From: Squalus acanthias
Taxonomy: Eukaryota
NCBI GenBank assembly: GCA_030390025.1
Contig: CM059433.1
Span: forward strand, 8,806,001-8,870,000
Direction: 5' to 3'
DNA length: 64,000 bases
Shown here: piece by piece, positions 62,090-64,000 of the stretch
How the letters are laid out: each line of letters begins with the position of its first letter
How positions within the stretch are numbered: position 1 is the stretch's first letter
Position numbers and translations under genes: made by a program
Notes under the pieces: generated by a model
Told to the model about the DNA's origin: nothing
The model's input: only the letters and a program-made list of their open reading frames with translations
Database searches by the model: none

Positions 62090-63050
62090 CTCCTGATGGC
62101 TCAGCAAGTTTGCCCAGCGAGTAGCCAAGCCTACACGCCAGAAAGATCCACAGGATTTGACCCCTGGTCTGCACTGAGATTACTGATCTCAGGCAAAGAC
62201 GATTATAGGGGCGCCACAATTGGCCTCACTGTCCTGCAGTGTTCTGTAGGGTTCTGTAGGGAGAGGAAAATTGGCCAAAGTTGCAGCTCCTGCCTGCTGT
62301 CCACCTACCCTTACGCCACCTACACCACTCTCCTGTATGCCTCTGAGACATGGACCATGTACAGCAGGCACCTCAAAGCACTGGAGAGGTACCACCAACG
62401 CTGCCTCCGCAAGATCCTGCAAATCCATTGGCAGGATAGGCGCACCAACATCAGTGTTCTCGCTCAGGCCAACATCCCCAGCATCGAAGCTTTAACCACG
62501 CTCGATCACCTCCGATGGACGGGCCACATCGTCCGCATGCCTGATACGAGACTCCCAAAACAAGCGCTCTATTCGGAGCTCCGACACGGCAAGAGAGCCC
62601 CAGGTGGGCAGAGGAAACGCTTCAAGGACACCCTCAAAGCCTCCTTGAAAAAATGCAACATCCCCACCGACACCTGGGAATCCCTGGCCCAAGACCGCAC
62701 AAAGTGGAGGAGAAGCATCCGGGGAAGGCACCGAACACCTCGAGTCTCTTCGCCGGGAGCAAGCGGAAGCCAAGCGCCAACAGCGCAAGGAGCACACGTC
62801 AACCCAAGCACCCCACCCACCCACCCCTTCAACCACCGTCTGCCCCACCTGTGACAGAGACTGTAGGTCCCGCATTGGACTCATCTGTCACCTGAGAACT
62901 CATTTTTAATGTGGAAGCAAGTCATCCTCGGTTCCGAGGGACTGCCTAAGAGAGAAGACTAGAAGTGAATGAGTGTGGTCATCGGGTGAAGAGAGAATCA
63001 GGCTTGATGTGTAAACCAGCTTTCCCACTCACCGTAAGGCTCACACATAA
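62090..63050 (+). mobile_element. LF-SINE-like element interrupted by an RTE fragment (62325-62955)
   Basis: ggggcgccacaattggcctca core before the RTE and aggctcacacataaatg after it; RTE encodes LLYASETWTMY...HLRWTGHIVRM. Confidence 0.7.
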
Positions 63051-63231
63051 ATGTATAGTTATGAAAGAGTCCCTCTTTTCACCGGTCTAACACAGTATAT
63101 AAATGAAGGTGTGAGGTTAGCACAAAATAATGACAAATAGAAATAAAAGGAACAAACTGGAGTCAGGTGTTTCTTAATAATTCCAGCTCATGTTCATAAA
63201 TAACCTTGCTATTTAATGTTTAACTTCAATT

Positions 63232-63711
63232 AAAAGAAAGACTTGCATTTATATAGCGCCTTTCATGACCACCGGACGTCTCAAAGCGCTTTACAGCCAA
63301 TGAAGTACTATTTAAAGTGTAGTCACTGTCGTAATGTGGGAAACGCAGCAGCCAATTTGCACACAGCAAGGTCCCACAAACAGCAATGTGATAATGACCT
63401 GATAATCTGTTTTTTTTGTTATGTTGATTGAGGGATAAATATTGGCCCAGGACACCGGGGATAACTCCCTAGCTCTTCTTCAAAATAGTGCCATGGGATC
63501 TTTTACGTCCACCTGAGAGAGCAGACGGGGCCCTCGGTTTTAACGTCTCATCTGAAAGATGACACTTCTGACAGTGCGGCACTCCCTCAGCACTGCACTG
63601 GGAGTGTCAGCCTGAGCTTTATGTGCTCCAGTCCCTGGAGTGGGGACTGTGAACCCACAACCTTCTGACTCAGAGGCGAGTCGTGCTGCCCACTGAGCCA
63701 CAGCTGACACT
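63232..63711 (-). mobile_element. SacSINE1-like Deu-SINE
   Basis: Full-length copy. Confidence 0.87.
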
Positions 63712-64000
63712 CTCTGACATTTTCTTAAACACAAACTCTGACCTTACTTCTGAGAAGCATGTGAAAGTGATCTCACAAATCTCTGCTTTTGCTTATAATG
63801 GAATCTTGAATTGCATCCTCAGTTACACAACCTCTCACTTTTGTTCACATAACGACAAAGCTGTAGAAAGTTATTTTGTTGTATGTAAAGCACTATGGGA
63901 TATTTCTGAGGCACATGTCAAGGTGCCAGTTCCTTCTTATTTGTGCTCAGTGTTTAGTCAAGTTATATTTTGATATGCGAAGGGAAAAATAATCAAATCA

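Noticed and set aside
61985..62854. 289-aa ORF with a signal-peptide-like start
   Set aside because: A chance fusion of unique, LF-SINE-like and RTE sequence with a non-ATG start.

Overview
Repeat-dominated, apparently non-coding vertebrate DNA (gene desert or large intron). It is very likely from a cartilaginous fish (shark or ray), judged from an HE1-like V-SINE and SacSINE1-like Deu-SINEs recognised from memory. I found no host protein-coding exon; every recognisable ORF comes from a transposon. Contents: about 19 CR1-clade LINE fragments (one with an uninterrupted RT frame), RTE and L2 fragments, three or four SINE families, Harbinger, hAT and Tigger DNA elements and MITEs, a probable 1.6-kb solo LTR, a 1.5-kb C-rich minisatellite, and several repeat-free enhancer-like islands. 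The most notable signal is two Penelope-like (PLE) families. One has a young Neptune-type RT+GIY-YIG copy with inverted pseudo-LTRs. Both carry minimal hammerhead ribozymes whose stems covary between families and whose stem III is a palindrome, and their insertions share 10-14 bp TSDs, two fixed ends about 35-40 nt apart, and breakpoints clustered at the ribozyme. There is also a two-gene Harbinger with a spliced Myb/SANT partner gene. Family names were assigned by eye without database searches, and many repeat boundaries are approximate.
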